DNA from: Oscillospiraceae bacterium
GTDB lineage: Bacteria > Bacillota > Clostridia > Oscillospirales > CAG-272
Assembly (NCBI GenBank): GCA_015064295.1
Contig: SVSM01000002.1
Span: 5,872 to 69,871 of the forward strand
Direction of reading: 5' to 3'
DNA: 64,000 bases
Shown here piece by piece: positions 44,726-53,644 of this stretch (position 1 is the first letter of the stretch; every line of letters begins with the position of its first letter). A program made the position numbers and the translations under genes. Below the pieces are notes generated by a model. The model worked only from the letters and a program-made list of their open reading frames with translations, was not told the DNA's origin and searched no databases.

Positions 44726-45611
44726 CAAAACCGAACAGATCCGCTATCTGGCGAACACCCTGCGGGAGAGGGAACCTATGGCTCACAAGGGGACCTACGG
44801 AACGCTGACGGTGGTGGCGGGCTCTCGCTTCTACCGGGGCGCCGCCTCCCTTGCCGTTACGGCGGCCCTCCGCTGTGGCGTGGGGCTCGTACGCCTGGCC
44901 TCCTGCGAGGAGGTCATCGCGGCTACCGCCGCCCAAACGGCGGAGGCGGTCTTTCTGCCCCTTCTTGCCACCGAACAGGGCGGGATCGACGGCGAGGATT
45001 TCCTCCGTCATCTCCCCAAGCTGGCCGACTCTCGTGCCATTCTGGCGGGCTGCGGGATGACCGATTCGGCCGATACCGGCGCCATCCTTCGCGGTCTTCT
45101 CTATCATGCCGAATGTCCTCTCATTTTGGACGCCGACGGACTGAACGTGCTGAAGGCCTGTCCCTCGTTGCTCCGTGAGGCCAAGCTTACGCCCGTCATA
45201 ACCCCGCACGTGGGGGAAATGGCGCGGTTGACGGGGAAATCGGTTTCCGATATTCTCGCCGACCGTCGTAAGACGGCTTTGGACTTTTCCCGTGAGTACA
45301 ACTGCGTCACGGTTCTGAAGGATGCCGTGACCGCCGTGGCCTCCCCCGAGGGAGAGATCTTCGTCTGCGACGCCCCCAATAGCGGCCTTGCCAAAGGGGG
45401 AAGCGGCGACGTGCTGGCGGGGATCACCGCCTCCCTTGTCTGCCAAGGATACGACGGCTTTACGGCGGCGAGCTGCGCCGTGACGCTTCACAGTCTGGCT
45501 GCCTCCTATGCGGCCGAGGCTTTTACCGAGGAGGCTATGCTTCCTTCCGATCTTATTACCATGCTTCCCCGTGTCTTTGACGGGGTACGAAAGGAACGAA
45601 TTTCACGATGA
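44715..45611 (+). CDS. nnrD: ADP-dependent NAD(P)H-hydrate dehydratase
   Basis: HKGTYGTLTVVAGSRFYRGAASLA...TPHVGEMARL...GGSGDVLAGI. Confidence 0.88.
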   Translation: MSSDKTEQIRYLANTLREREPMAHKGTYGTLTVVAGSRFYRGAASLAVTAALRCGVGLVRLASCEEVIAATAAQTAEAVFLPLLATEQGGIDGEDFLRHLPKLADSRAILAGCGMTDSADTGAILRGLLYHAECPLILDADGLNVLKACPSLLREAKLTPVITPHVGEMARLTGKSVSDILADRRKTALDFSREYNCVTVLKDAVTAVASPEGEIFVCDAPNSGLAKGGSGDVLAGITASLVCQGYDGFTAASCAVTLHSLAASYAAEAFTEEAMLPSDLITMLPRVFDGVRKERISR

Positions 45612-46132
45612 AACTGCTGATTGCCTCCGATATTCACGGCTCTGCCTACTACTGCCGTAAGCTTCTTGCCGTCTATGAGAGCGTCAAGCCCGACCGTATG
45701 CTGTTGCTTGGGGATCTTCTCTACCACGGTCCCCGCAACGACCTCCCTCGCGGCTATGCTCCCAAGGAGGTCATCGCCATGCTGAATCCTCTGGCGGACA
45801 AGCTTCTCTGCGTGCGGGGTAACTGCGACACCGAGGTGGACCAGATGGTACTGGATTTTCCTGTTTTGGCCGACTATGCCGTGATCTATGACGGCGAGAG
45901 GGAGCTGTTTGCTACCCACGGCCACCATGTGACCCCCGAAAATCCCCCCCGCCTTGCCGAGGACTCGGTGCTTCTGGGTGGTCATACCCACGTGGCGGAG
46001 GAACGGGACTGCGGTCATTTCCGTTACGTCAACCCCGGCTCGGTCTCGATCCCCAAGGGCGGCACCGACCGCGGGTGTCTTGTCTATGAGAACGGGTGCT
46101 TTACCCGTATCTCCCTTGAGGATGAATCATGA
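45608..46132 (+). CDS. YfcE-type metallophosphoesterase
   Basis: LIASDIHGS...LGDLLYHGPRN...VRGNCD...THGH...GHTH. Confidence 0.85.
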   Translation: MKLLIASDIHGSAYYCRKLLAVYESVKPDRMLLLGDLLYHGPRNDLPRGYAPKEVIAMLNPLADKLLCVRGNCDTEVDQMVLDFPVLADYAVIYDGERELFATHGHHVTPENPPRLAEDSVLLGGHTHVAEERDCGHFRYVNPGSVSIPKGGTDRGCLVYENGCFTRISLEDES

Positions 46133-46974
46133 AATTGAAAAAGAAAAAATACTCTCGCAAACGAGAATTGATCGAGCAGATCAAGCGGGACAAGGTCTGC
46201 TTTGCGGTATACGCCATTTTGCGGCTGCTGGTCATCCTGTCTCTCGTGATCGCCCTTTTCCGCGGTAACTATGAAAACGCCGCCCTCTGCGTGGGAACGC
46301 TGCTCCTGCTTTTAGCTCCCGCTTTTGTGGAAAGACGGTTCAAAATCGAGCTTCCCACTGCCCTTGAAGTGGTGGTGATGTGCTTCATTTTTGCTCACGC
46401 CATTTTGGGGGAGATTGCCTGCTTCTACGTGCGGGTGCCCGGCTGGGACACCATGCTTCACACCTTGAATGGCTTCATTTGCGCGGGTGTCGGCCTGTCG
46501 CTGATCGACCTGCTGAACCGCAATCAGCGATTCAAGTTTGAGCTGTCCCCCGTCTACGTGGTGATCGTGGCCTTTTGCTTCTCCATGACGGTGGGGGTGC
46601 TTTGGGAGTTCTTTGAGTTCGGCTCTGATATGCTCCTCCACTCCGATATGCAGAAGGATACCGTGGTGAATCGAATCACCTCGGTGATGCTGGATCCAAC
46701 CAACAGCAACAAGACCGTTACGGTGGACGGCATTACCGACGTGACGGTGAATGGGGAGGCACTGGGGCTCGGTGGCTATCTTGACATCGGGCTGATCGAT
46801 ACGATGAAGGATCTGATGGTCAACTTTATCGGTGCCGTGGTCTTCTCGGTGGGCGGCTTTTTCTACCTGAAATACCGAGGAAAAAAGAGCCGTATCATTC
46901 AGGGATTCGTTCCGACTGTGACGGATCCCGACGAAACAAATCCCAAGGAGGACGCCCATCATGACGCTATTTGA
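46129..46974 (+). CDS. Membrane protein, function unknown
   Basis: Six or so TM segments. No confident family call. Confidence 0.55.
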   Translation: MKLKKKKYSRKRELIEQIKRDKVCFAVYAILRLLVILSLVIALFRGNYENAALCVGTLLLLLAPAFVERRFKIELPTALEVVVMCFIFAHAILGEIACFYVRVPGWDTMLHTLNGFICAGVGLSLIDLLNRNQRFKFELSPVYVVIVAFCFSMTVGVLWEFFEFGSDMLLHSDMQKDTVVNRITSVMLDPTNSNKTVTVDGITDVTVNGEALGLGGYLDIGLIDTMKDLMVNFIGAVVFSVGGFFYLKYRGKKSRIIQGFVPTVTDPDETNPKEDAHHDAI

Positions 46975-47476
46975 CCTGATCAAGACCCGTCGCAGTACCC
47001 GCGCCTTTGAAGATCGTCCCATTGAACCCGCGATCCTGACCGAGATCGCCGAATCGGCCCTCTATGCTCCCTCGGCCATGAACCGTCAGGCCTGGCACTT
47101 TACCGTGCTGACCAAGCGGGAGGAGATGGATGCCCTGGCTACCTTGGTGAAGGAGGCCCTCGATCTTGATGACGGCTACTGCTTTTACCGTCCCGCCGCC
47201 TTTATCATCACCTCAAACGCACGGGAGAATCCCATGGGGGTGGACGACTGCGCTTGTGCTTTACAGAACATCTTTCTGACCGCCCATGCCCACGGTGTTG
47301 GCTCGGTCTGGATCAACCAGCTCCGTCACGTCTGCGACGACCCGAAGGTCCGCGCCCTGCTGACGGCATACGGCGTTCCCGCCGATCATGCCGTCTACGG
47401 CTGTGCGGCTCTGGGATATCCTGCCAAGCCGCCAAGAGAGAAAACGATCACGGATGGCCTTTTGACCTTCCGTTGA
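46961..47476 (+). CDS. Nitroreductase family protein
   Basis: IKTRRSTRAFEDRPI...APSAMNRQAWHFTV. Confidence 0.88.
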   Translation: MTLFDLIKTRRSTRAFEDRPIEPAILTEIAESALYAPSAMNRQAWHFTVLTKREEMDALATLVKEALDLDDGYCFYRPAAFIITSNARENPMGVDDCACALQNIFLTAHAHGVGSVWINQLRHVCDDPKVRALLTAYGVPADHAVYGCAALGYPAKPPREKTITDGLLTFR

Positions 47477-47492
47477 GCCACGGAACGAACGC

Positions 47493-47525
47493 AAAAAACC
47501 TGCCGATTCATCGGCAGGTTTTTTA
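47493..47525. terminator. Bidirectional terminator between the nitroreductase and serpin genes
   Basis: CCTGCCGA TTCA TCGGCAGG flanked by AAAAAA and TTTTTT. Confidence 0.75.
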
Positions 47526-47531
47526 TGCTTT

Positions 47532-48776
47532 TTACAGATTGCTCACCAGCCCAAGGAACAGAGGGAATCCCGTTTCGCAGTCCACGACGGCGTAGAGGAA
47601 GGGACGGTCGAGGGTGACGAAGAAGCGCTCTGTGAAGGAGCCGGTGCATTTGTTCATTTCACCCCAGGTGATGGCGGCAGCTTTGGTGCCGTTGCGGTTG
47701 ACCTCAATATACGTTTTCTGATCGATGGCCGAGCAGTAGAAGGCGCCGTCTGTGGGATTGCTGTCGATCTCCGAGAAATCGGCGGCATCGGTAAACATTT
47801 CTCCCATGCCGAGGGCCGTGAGGGGATCCTTCAGCTTCCGATCGCCCTCGTAGGTGAATTCGGGGAATTTGACCGTGACCGAGCCGCACCGATTCTGCCA
47901 CATGGTACGCCACGCCTCGCCGTTCAGGCTGTCAAGGAGGGTGTTGACGTTGCTGCCCCCGTCGGGAAGCAGACCCACGAAGGCGTAGCGGTTGCCCTTG
48001 TATTGCTTGGCAAAGCCGGTAAAGCCATCACCGGTCAGGTAGCCGCTTTCCTCGGAGCAGAGCATCTCCACAGGACTTTCGGTGCCGTCGGCGTTATGGA
48101 AGGTCCAGTCGCGGATGTCTTCCTTTTCGTAGGGCTCCTCCCACTTGGCGTCGAACAGGAGGGCGTTGACCAGATACATCACCGCCTCGCGGGGGATCTC
48201 CTCCAAAAATTCCTCGATGAGTCCGTCGGTCTTTTCCTTGCCCCAGTTGTTGATGTCTTCAAGGGTGGTGTCGTCAAAGGGGGCGGCGTACTGCTCGGCG
48301 TCGTACCAATCGGCTACGTTTTGTAAGAAGGAGGGCTTCACGGTGATGAGATCCTCGTTGTTGATATACCACGCCGAATTGGCGGTGGTTACTTTGCAAT
48401 CCTTGGTGGAATAGAGGCCTTGGCCAAAGGCGTAAAGACCGCGGTTCAGCTCCTCCACCGACAGGCCGAGTATCTCCTCGATCTGCTCTCTGGTGGTACC
48501 CGCCGCACCGTTAGCCACAAGGCCGAGGCAGAGGAGGGCGGAATAGGGAGAGAAGAGGTCGTTTGCCTGATCCTCGGTGACGGTCTCGCGGAAAAGCTTG
48601 AGAGAAAAATCAAGGGTGGCGGCAAGATAGGCGTCGGTGACCTCACCGGAATCGGTGGCAGTGCGGGTGTAGCCTGCCGAAAGCTCGGTGGCCCGGATCT
48701 TCATGGCGCAGGAGGTGGTGAAGATGGCGGTGGTGGCGAGGAGCAGGCAGAGAAGGGAGGTAAGATAACGCTTCAT
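47532..48776 (-). CDS. Serpin-family protease inhibitor, predicted lipoprotein
   Basis: Serpin hallmarks: FSPYSALLCLGLVANGAAGTTREQI, NALLFDAKWEEPY and the C-terminal DRPFLYAVVDCETGFPLFLG. Start at MKRYLTSLLCLLLATTAIFTTSC (lipobox), with AAAGGAG upstream. Confidence 0.88.
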   Translation of the reverse strand: MKRYLTSLLCLLLATTAIFTTSCAMKIRATELSAGYTRTATDSGEVTDAYLAATLDFSLKLFRETVTEDQANDLFSPYSALLCLGLVANGAAGTTREQIEEILGLSVEELNRGLYAFGQGLYSTKDCKVTTANSAWYINNEDLITVKPSFLQNVADWYDAEQYAAPFDDTTLEDINNWGKEKTDGLIEEFLEEIPREAVMYLVNALLFDAKWEEPYEKEDIRDWTFHNADGTESPVEMLCSEESGYLTGDGFTGFAKQYKGNRYAFVGLLPDGGSNVNTLLDSLNGEAWRTMWQNRCGSVTVKFPEFTYEGDRKLKDPLTALGMGEMFTDAADFSEIDSNPTDGAFYCSAIDQKTYIEVNRNGTKAAAITWGEMNKCTGSFTERFFVTLDRPFLYAVVDCETGFPLFLGLVSNL

Positions 48777-48941
48777 GGGGAAATCTCCTTTTTTAATCCG
48801 ACGGTACGAATTGGGGATTGTTTGATAGGTAAAGGGCGTTACCGCTTCGTGTGACCGAGAAGGTGAAGGTACCGAGGGGGACATTCCCTTCGCTGACGGT
48901 GACGTCTCCCGTCTTACCGTCGGTGAGCTGTGAGGTGAAGA

Positions 48942-49028
48942 CAGTCCCTTTCCGTATTTATCGGAGGTGGCGGTAATGGCGGCCTCGTCTCGCGCAAAAT
49001 AGAGGTTCAGGATGTCTTGGTCTTCCAT
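48942..49028 (-). pseudogene. 5' stub of an ECF-type sigma-70 family gene, open in frame into the serpin ORF
   Basis: MEDQDILNLYFARDEAAITATSDKYGKGL resembles the conserved N-terminus of a widespread Firmicutes ECF-like sigma family. The similarity stops after about 29 codons. GAAGGGAG and a TATGAT -10-like hexamer remain upstream. Confidence 0.45.
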
Positions 49029-49296
49029 GACGGACTCCCTTCGGAGGTATTGTCCTTCATATCATAGTGTGGGAAGAAACTGCAAAATCTTGCGGGGTAG
49101 GAAAAAATTTATCAAAAGCTTGTCCGAGCTTCCGCCGTGCTCCTTTCTTGGGCTTCCCTTCGCTTGCGGCACCATGAGGGGCGGCCCGGTAGAGTCTTTT
49201 GAGGGAATTGCCCCCTTCTGGAAAGGGGGCAATTCTTTTCTGATCCCGTGCGTCGGTGACGGTCGTTTTCGCGGATCGTGCAAGCCGAATCCTTCG

Positions 49297-49707
49297 TTAT
49301 CCCATCCGTTTCAGCATGGCTTTCCGTTTCGCGGCTCCCGATTTCTCCCCGGGAAGTCCCGCGACGCCGCCGACGGCCGAAGCGGCAATCACGGCAAGGC
49401 AAAGCAAAAGCGCCGAAAGAAAGGAAAAATCTCCCGCCATAAACGCCGCGCCCAGCGCCAGCACCGCCGTGTAGAGAGCGCCTGCCGTGATACCGGTGAC
49501 AAGCCCGCGTTCCCTTTGAAACCGCGCGGCGGCAAAGCCGGTGGCAAAGCCGGCCAGGATCCGGATCCCGTGGGCCATAAGGGACGCCACCGTATCGGGA
49601 TCGGGCGTTTTCAGGGCGATCAGGTTGCCCACAAGGAGCAGCACCAGCGTGATCAGCAGCCCCACGCCGAGGCCCTTTACGGCAGAAAGAAATAAGCTCT
49701 TATTCAT
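49297..49707 (-). CDS. Small integral membrane protein (TIGR04086/YrzE-like)
   Basis: Four TM segments. It lies downstream of yajC. The family call is from memory. Confidence 0.5.
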   Translation of the reverse strand: MNKSLFLSAVKGLGVGLLITLVLLLVGNLIALKTPDPDTVASLMAHGIRILAGFATGFAAARFQRERGLVTGITAGALYTAVLALGAAFMAGDFSFLSALLLCLAVIAASAVGGVAGLPGEKSGAAKRKAMLKRMG

Positions 49708-49793
49708 GAAAGATCCTCCGTTCGGGCGAACGGAAGATCCCCCGTCCGCATCCTGTTTTGGTACAAGGATATTCGTCCGGGGGATCGATTATG

Positions 49794-50123
49794 TCAGGAT
49801 TTGCCTTCTTCTTCCTCTGCCTTCATGACCTCGCGGACGGCGGAACGGAGAATGGTGAGCTTGGTGCGGTCGTTGCCGGTCTCGATCATCAGCTTGTCGT
49901 CCTTGATGATGAGAACCGAACCGATGATGCCGCCGATGGTGACGATCTCATCCCCGACTGCGATGCTGTTCCGCATTTCGGCGGTCTGCTTTTCCTGTTT
50001 TTTCTGGGGACGCATAATGAGAAAATAGAAGATCAGTACCATGGCGATCAGCGGGATAAAGGTGCCTAACAAGCTACCTCCGCTGGGAGCACTGCCATTG
50101 GCCGTTCCGGTCAAAAATAACAT
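49794..50123 (-). CDS. yajC: Preprotein translocase subunit YajC
   Basis: LIAMVLIFYFLIMRPQKKQEKQ...GDEIVTIGGIIGSV. Confidence 0.9.
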   Translation of the reverse strand: MLFLTGTANGSAPSGGSLLGTFIPLIAMVLIFYFLIMRPQKKQEKQTAEMRNSIAVGDEIVTIGGIIGSVLIIKDDKLMIETGNDRTKLTILRSAVREVMKAEEEEGKS

Positions 50124-50204
50124 AATGGGTAAACCTCCGTGAATTTCATTCTACAGGAGTATTATACCGCATCCTGCCAAATCTTGCAAGTCCTTTTGTA
50201 AAGT

Positions 50205-50732
50205 TTATCCTTCGTTCATAAATCGGAAGGACAGGGTATGCCCGTTTAGCTCGGTGGTCAGTCGGTCGGGGGTGGACAGCCCCTTTTGCAGATAGACGGT
50301 CACCGTGCCGCCCTCCACGGTATAGATGGCGTAGCTATACTTGGTGCCTGCTTCGGTGGTCACCCCCGCTCCGGTGTAGTCGCTGCCCGACAGCGAGAAC
50401 ATCCGGGCGGCCAGCAGGATCCCTTGCTCGGCGGCATAGCCGCCGTCGGCAAGCTCCCGGCTTACGTCGCCGAAGGAAAGAACGGCCTTGCCGTCCCGCA
50501 GCTCAAACACCGCGCCGGCCAGCGGCGCGGGCGTTACGATCTGTAAGAGAACGTCTCCCGCCTTCTGTACCGACACCAGCACCTCGTAGTCCTCTCCGTC
50601 ATAGCTTAACACGCCGTGAGCATCGTAGGGGTAGGTCTGATGACTTAAATAATTGATCCGGTCGGTGGTCCCGCAGGCCGCCAGCAGGAGCAGCGTGAGG
50701 GCCAGTCCGACACACAAAAGCGCTTTACGCAA
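50205..50732 (-). CDS. Lipoprotein, function unknown
   Basis: TTG start 7 nt after GGAGGTG. Lipobox LLLAAC-G. Confidence 0.65.
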   Translation of the reverse strand: MRKALLCVGLALTLLLLAACGTTDRINYLSHQTYPYDAHGVLSYDGEDYEVLVSVQKAGDVLLQIVTPAPLAGAVFELRDGKAVLSFGDVSRELADGGYAAEQGILLAARMFSLSGSDYTGAGVTTEAGTKYSYAIYTVEGGTVTVYLQKGLSTPDRLTTELNGHTLSFRFMNEG

Positions 50733-50782
50733 AAAATCACCTCCGCGATGATTCTATGCGGAGGTGAGAGACGATATGATTG

Positions 50783-51343
50783 TCAAAACCGCACCCTTGT
50801 GACGACGGTCTTGCGGTTGTAAAGATGAAGAAGGCGAAGCATCTTTTCGGTGGCTTCAAAGAAGAGCAGGGTTTTGCTCTTGGGATCGTCCTCGTCGGGA
50901 ATGACGGCGTAATAGACGTCGGGGGAGCTCATGGAGGAGACGGCCTCGATGACGCGGTGGTAGCTTCTGCGGTCGCAGGCGTCCTTGTAGGCATCCCGAT
51001 AGGGGGCGATCGCCTCGAAGGTCGCAATTTTTTCGGTTAAGATCTCCTTGCGGGCGTGCTTGCCGTAGACCTCTGCCACCGAAAATTCTCCCGTGGCAAT
51101 GCGGTAATCGTATTCGATTCGGAAAAAACGGTTATAGGTTTTGCGGACGACCATGAGAAGAAACATGGGGCACAGGGGGACGAACCAGATGACGGCGGCC
51201 GGTCCCATGACGAAAAGCATGAGAAGCAGCAAGAGGATCGGCCCGACGATATAGAGAGTAATGGCGATGGCGCGGTTTCTTCCGTAGTGCCCCTCGTACT
51301 GCTTTTCTACCGAATATTCGGCAAAGTGGACGGAATCGTTCAT
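50783..51343 (-). CDS. Membrane protein, function unknown
   Basis: A two-TM hairpin followed by a soluble domain. No confident family call. Confidence 0.55.
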   Translation of the reverse strand: MNDSVHFAEYSVEKQYEGHYGRNRAIAITLYIVGPILLLLLMLFVMGPAAVIWFVPLCPMFLLMVVRKTYNRFFRIEYDYRIATGEFSVAEVYGKHARKEILTEKIATFEAIAPYRDAYKDACDRRSYHRVIEAVSSMSSPDVYYAVIPDEDDPKSKTLLFFEATEKMLRLLHLYNRKTVVTRVRF

Positions 51344-51494
51344 GGTGATCTCCCGTGGAGGTGAAGTTGGTGATGTTCCATTATAACATTCCCCATCTTT
51401 TCTGTCAAGTTGTGGAAAAACGGTATTGATTTTTTCGTCAAAATCCGTTATGATATATAGAGAGAATCAATACGCGATCGCGGAGGTATATCAC

Positions 51495-51764
51495 ATGAAA
51501 GCAGTCATTTCGGTTACGGGACGGGACAGCATGGGGATCATCGCCAAGGTGAGCTGTGCTTGCGCCGAGTACGCAGCCAACATCATCGATATTTCCCAGA
51601 CGGTGTTAAGCGAGTATTTTGCCATGATCATGATCGTGGATATTACCAAGCTGACCATCCCCTTCGGTGACTTCGTGGATCTTCTGGCCGAGCTTGGCAA
51701 GAAGCAGAATCTTGAGATCCATACCATGCACGAGGATATTTTTAACTCGATGCACAGCATCTGA
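51495..51764 (+). CDS. ACT domain protein (UPF0237 family)
   Basis: [20 protein letters not shown]...[16 protein letters not shown] upstream. It pairs with the following UPF0210 gene, as is typical. Confidence 0.85.
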   Translation: MKAVISVTGRDSMGIIAKVSCACAEYAANIIDISQTVLSEYFAMIMIVDITKLTIPFGDFVDLLAELGKKQNLEIHTMHEDIFNSMHSI

Positions 51765-51781
51765 CGGAGAGGGCATCACAT

Positions 51782-53140
51782 ATGATCGATATGAAACATA
51801 TCCTCGAAACGATCAATATGATCCGCGAGGAAAATTTGGATATTCGCACCGTCACCATGGGCATCTCCCTCTTTGACTGTGTGTCCGACGACGAGGACAA
51901 GCTCTGCACCAAGGTGTATGATAAGATCATGAGCCGTGCGGAAAAGCTGGTGCCCACCGCCTGCGATATTGAAAAGCAGTACGGGATCCCGATTATCAAT
52001 AAGCGCATTTCGGTCACCCCTATCTCCATGATCGGCGGAAGCTGCTCCGAGACGGGCTACCTGAAGCTGGCCAAGACCCTCGACCGCGCGGCGGCCGATC
52101 TGGGCATCAACTTCATCGGCGGCTTCGGCGCGATGGTGCAAAAGGGCATGACCGTGGGGGCAGACCGTCTGATGAACGTCATTCCCCAGGCCTTGGCCGA
52201 GACAGAGCGCGTCTGTTCTTCCGTCAACGTGGCCTCTACCAAGGCGGGCATCAACATGGACGCCGTGGCACGATGCGGTAAGATCATCAAGGAGGCGGCC
52301 CACCTGACCGCCGACCGCGACGCCATTGGCTGCGCCAAGTTCGTGGTCTTTGCCAACGCTCCCGAGGATAACCCCTTCATGGCCGGTGCCTTCCACGGTA
52401 TCGGTGAGCCCGAAACCGTGATCAACGTAGGCGTTTCCGGCCCCGGCGTGGTGGCCAGTGCCATTCAGCGTGCCGGTGATTGCTCCTTCTCGGAGCTGGC
52501 CGATCTCATTAAGAAGACGGCCTTTAAGATCACCCGCATGGGCCAGCTGGTGGCCTGCGAGGCCTCCCAGCGTCTCGGCGTTCCCTTCGGCATCGTGGAT
52601 CTGTCGCTGGCTCCCACCCCTGCTATCGGGGACTCGGTGGCCCACATCCTGGAGGGCATGGGTCTTGAGTCGGTGGGTGCTCCCGGCACCACGGCGGCGC
52701 TGGCGCTCTTAAACGACGCAGTCAAAAAGGGCGGCGTCATGGCGTCCAGCTTTGTGGGCGGTCTGTCGGGCGCCTTCATTCCGGTGTCGGAGGATGCCGG
52801 TATGATCGACGCCGTGGCAAGAGGAGCCCTTTCCCTTGAAAAGCTGGAGGCGATGACGGCCGTCTGCTCGGTAGGTCTTGACATGATCGCCGTGCCGGGT
52901 GACACCTCGGCCGATACCATCTGCGGCATCATCGCCGACGAGATCTCCATCGGCGTGGCCAATACCAAGACCACCGCCGTCCGCATCATTCCCGTGGAGG
53001 GCAAGACGGTGGGTGACACCGTCAGCTTCGGCGGCCTGCTGGGATACGCCCCCATTATTAAGGTCAACGAGTATTCCCCCGCCAAATTTATTGCCCGCGG
53101 CGGACGGATCCCTGCACCGATCCATAGCTTGAAAAACTGA
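51782..53140 (+). CDS. UPF0210/DUF711 (PFL-like) family protein
   Basis: [24 protein letters not shown]...[13 protein letters not shown]...[10 protein letters not shown]. Confidence 0.85.
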   Translation: MIDMKHILETINMIREENLDIRTVTMGISLFDCVSDDEDKLCTKVYDKIMSRAEKLVPTACDIEKQYGIPIINKRISVTPISMIGGSCSETGYLKLAKTLDRAAADLGINFIGGFGAMVQKGMTVGADRLMNVIPQALAETERVCSSVNVASTKAGINMDAVARCGKIIKEAAHLTADRDAIGCAKFVVFANAPEDNPFMAGAFHGIGEPETVINVGVSGPGVVASAIQRAGDCSFSELADLIKKTAFKITRMGQLVACEASQRLGVPFGIVDLSLAPTPAIGDSVAHILEGMGLESVGAPGTTAALALLNDAVKKGGVMASSFVGGLSGAFIPVSEDAGMIDAVARGALSLEKLEAMTAVCSVGLDMIAVPGDTSADTICGIIADEISIGVANTKTTAVRIIPVEGKTVGDTVSFGGLLGYAPIIKVNEYSPAKFIARGGRIPAPIHSLKN

Positions 53141-53156
53141 AACAAACGATCAAAAA

Positions 53157-53188
53157 ACCGTGTCGGCTTTTGCCGACACGGTTTTTTT
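53157..53188 (+). terminator. Rho-independent terminator
   Basis: ACCGTGTCGGC TTTT GCCGACACGGT followed by TTTTTT. Confidence 0.75.
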
Positions 53189-53286
53189 GCGGTAAAACTT
53201 TACAGGAGGCCTTTTCGCATAACGGAGCCCTTCCGCCGTCAATACTGAAGGAAAGGAAATTCCCCCCACACGAAAGGAACCGCCTC

Positions 53287-53577
53287 ATGTACTACAATAA
53301 GGTTGAACTTTGCGGCGTCAACACCGCGAAACTGAAAACGCTGAACGATGAGGAAAAACGCGCGCTTCTTCTCCGCGTGAAGGAAGGCGATGCCGATGCG
53401 CGGCGGGAGCTGATCGACGGCAATCTGCGGCTGGTGCTCAGCATCGTCCAGCGCTTTGCCAACCGACGGGAGAACATGGACGATCTCTTTCAGGTAGGGT
53501 GTATCGGCTTGATCAAAGCCGTTGACAACTTTAATACCGATCTGAACGTCAAATTTTCCACCTATGCCGTGCCGATG
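53287..53577 (+). pseudogene. sigG: N-terminal 97 codons of a SigG/SigF-type sporulation sigma factor (regions 1.2-2.x only); the gene is truncated or split
   Basis: NKVELCGVNTAKLKTLNDEEKRALL...GNLRLVLSIVQRF.NRRENMDDLFQVGCIGLIKAVDNF...VKFSTYAVPM matches B. subtilis SigG almost motif for motif. The expected IIGEIRRYLRDN and regions 3-4 are absent. Instead the frame runs into the antisense strand of the next gene and stops at 53748. Confidence 0.65.
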
Positions 53578-53644
53578 AACGTGCTAAGGGGAAATCAGGC
53601 CGCACCGATGGATGGGAAAAGCCGGCAGCTCGCGGTTGCCGTCT

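Noticed and set aside
47532-49028. A 498-aa ORF taken as the true serpin gene.
   Set aside because: The serpin has its own Shine-Dalgarno and lipoprotein signal at 48776. The upstream 84 codons are a sigma-gene stub followed by non-homologous read-on.
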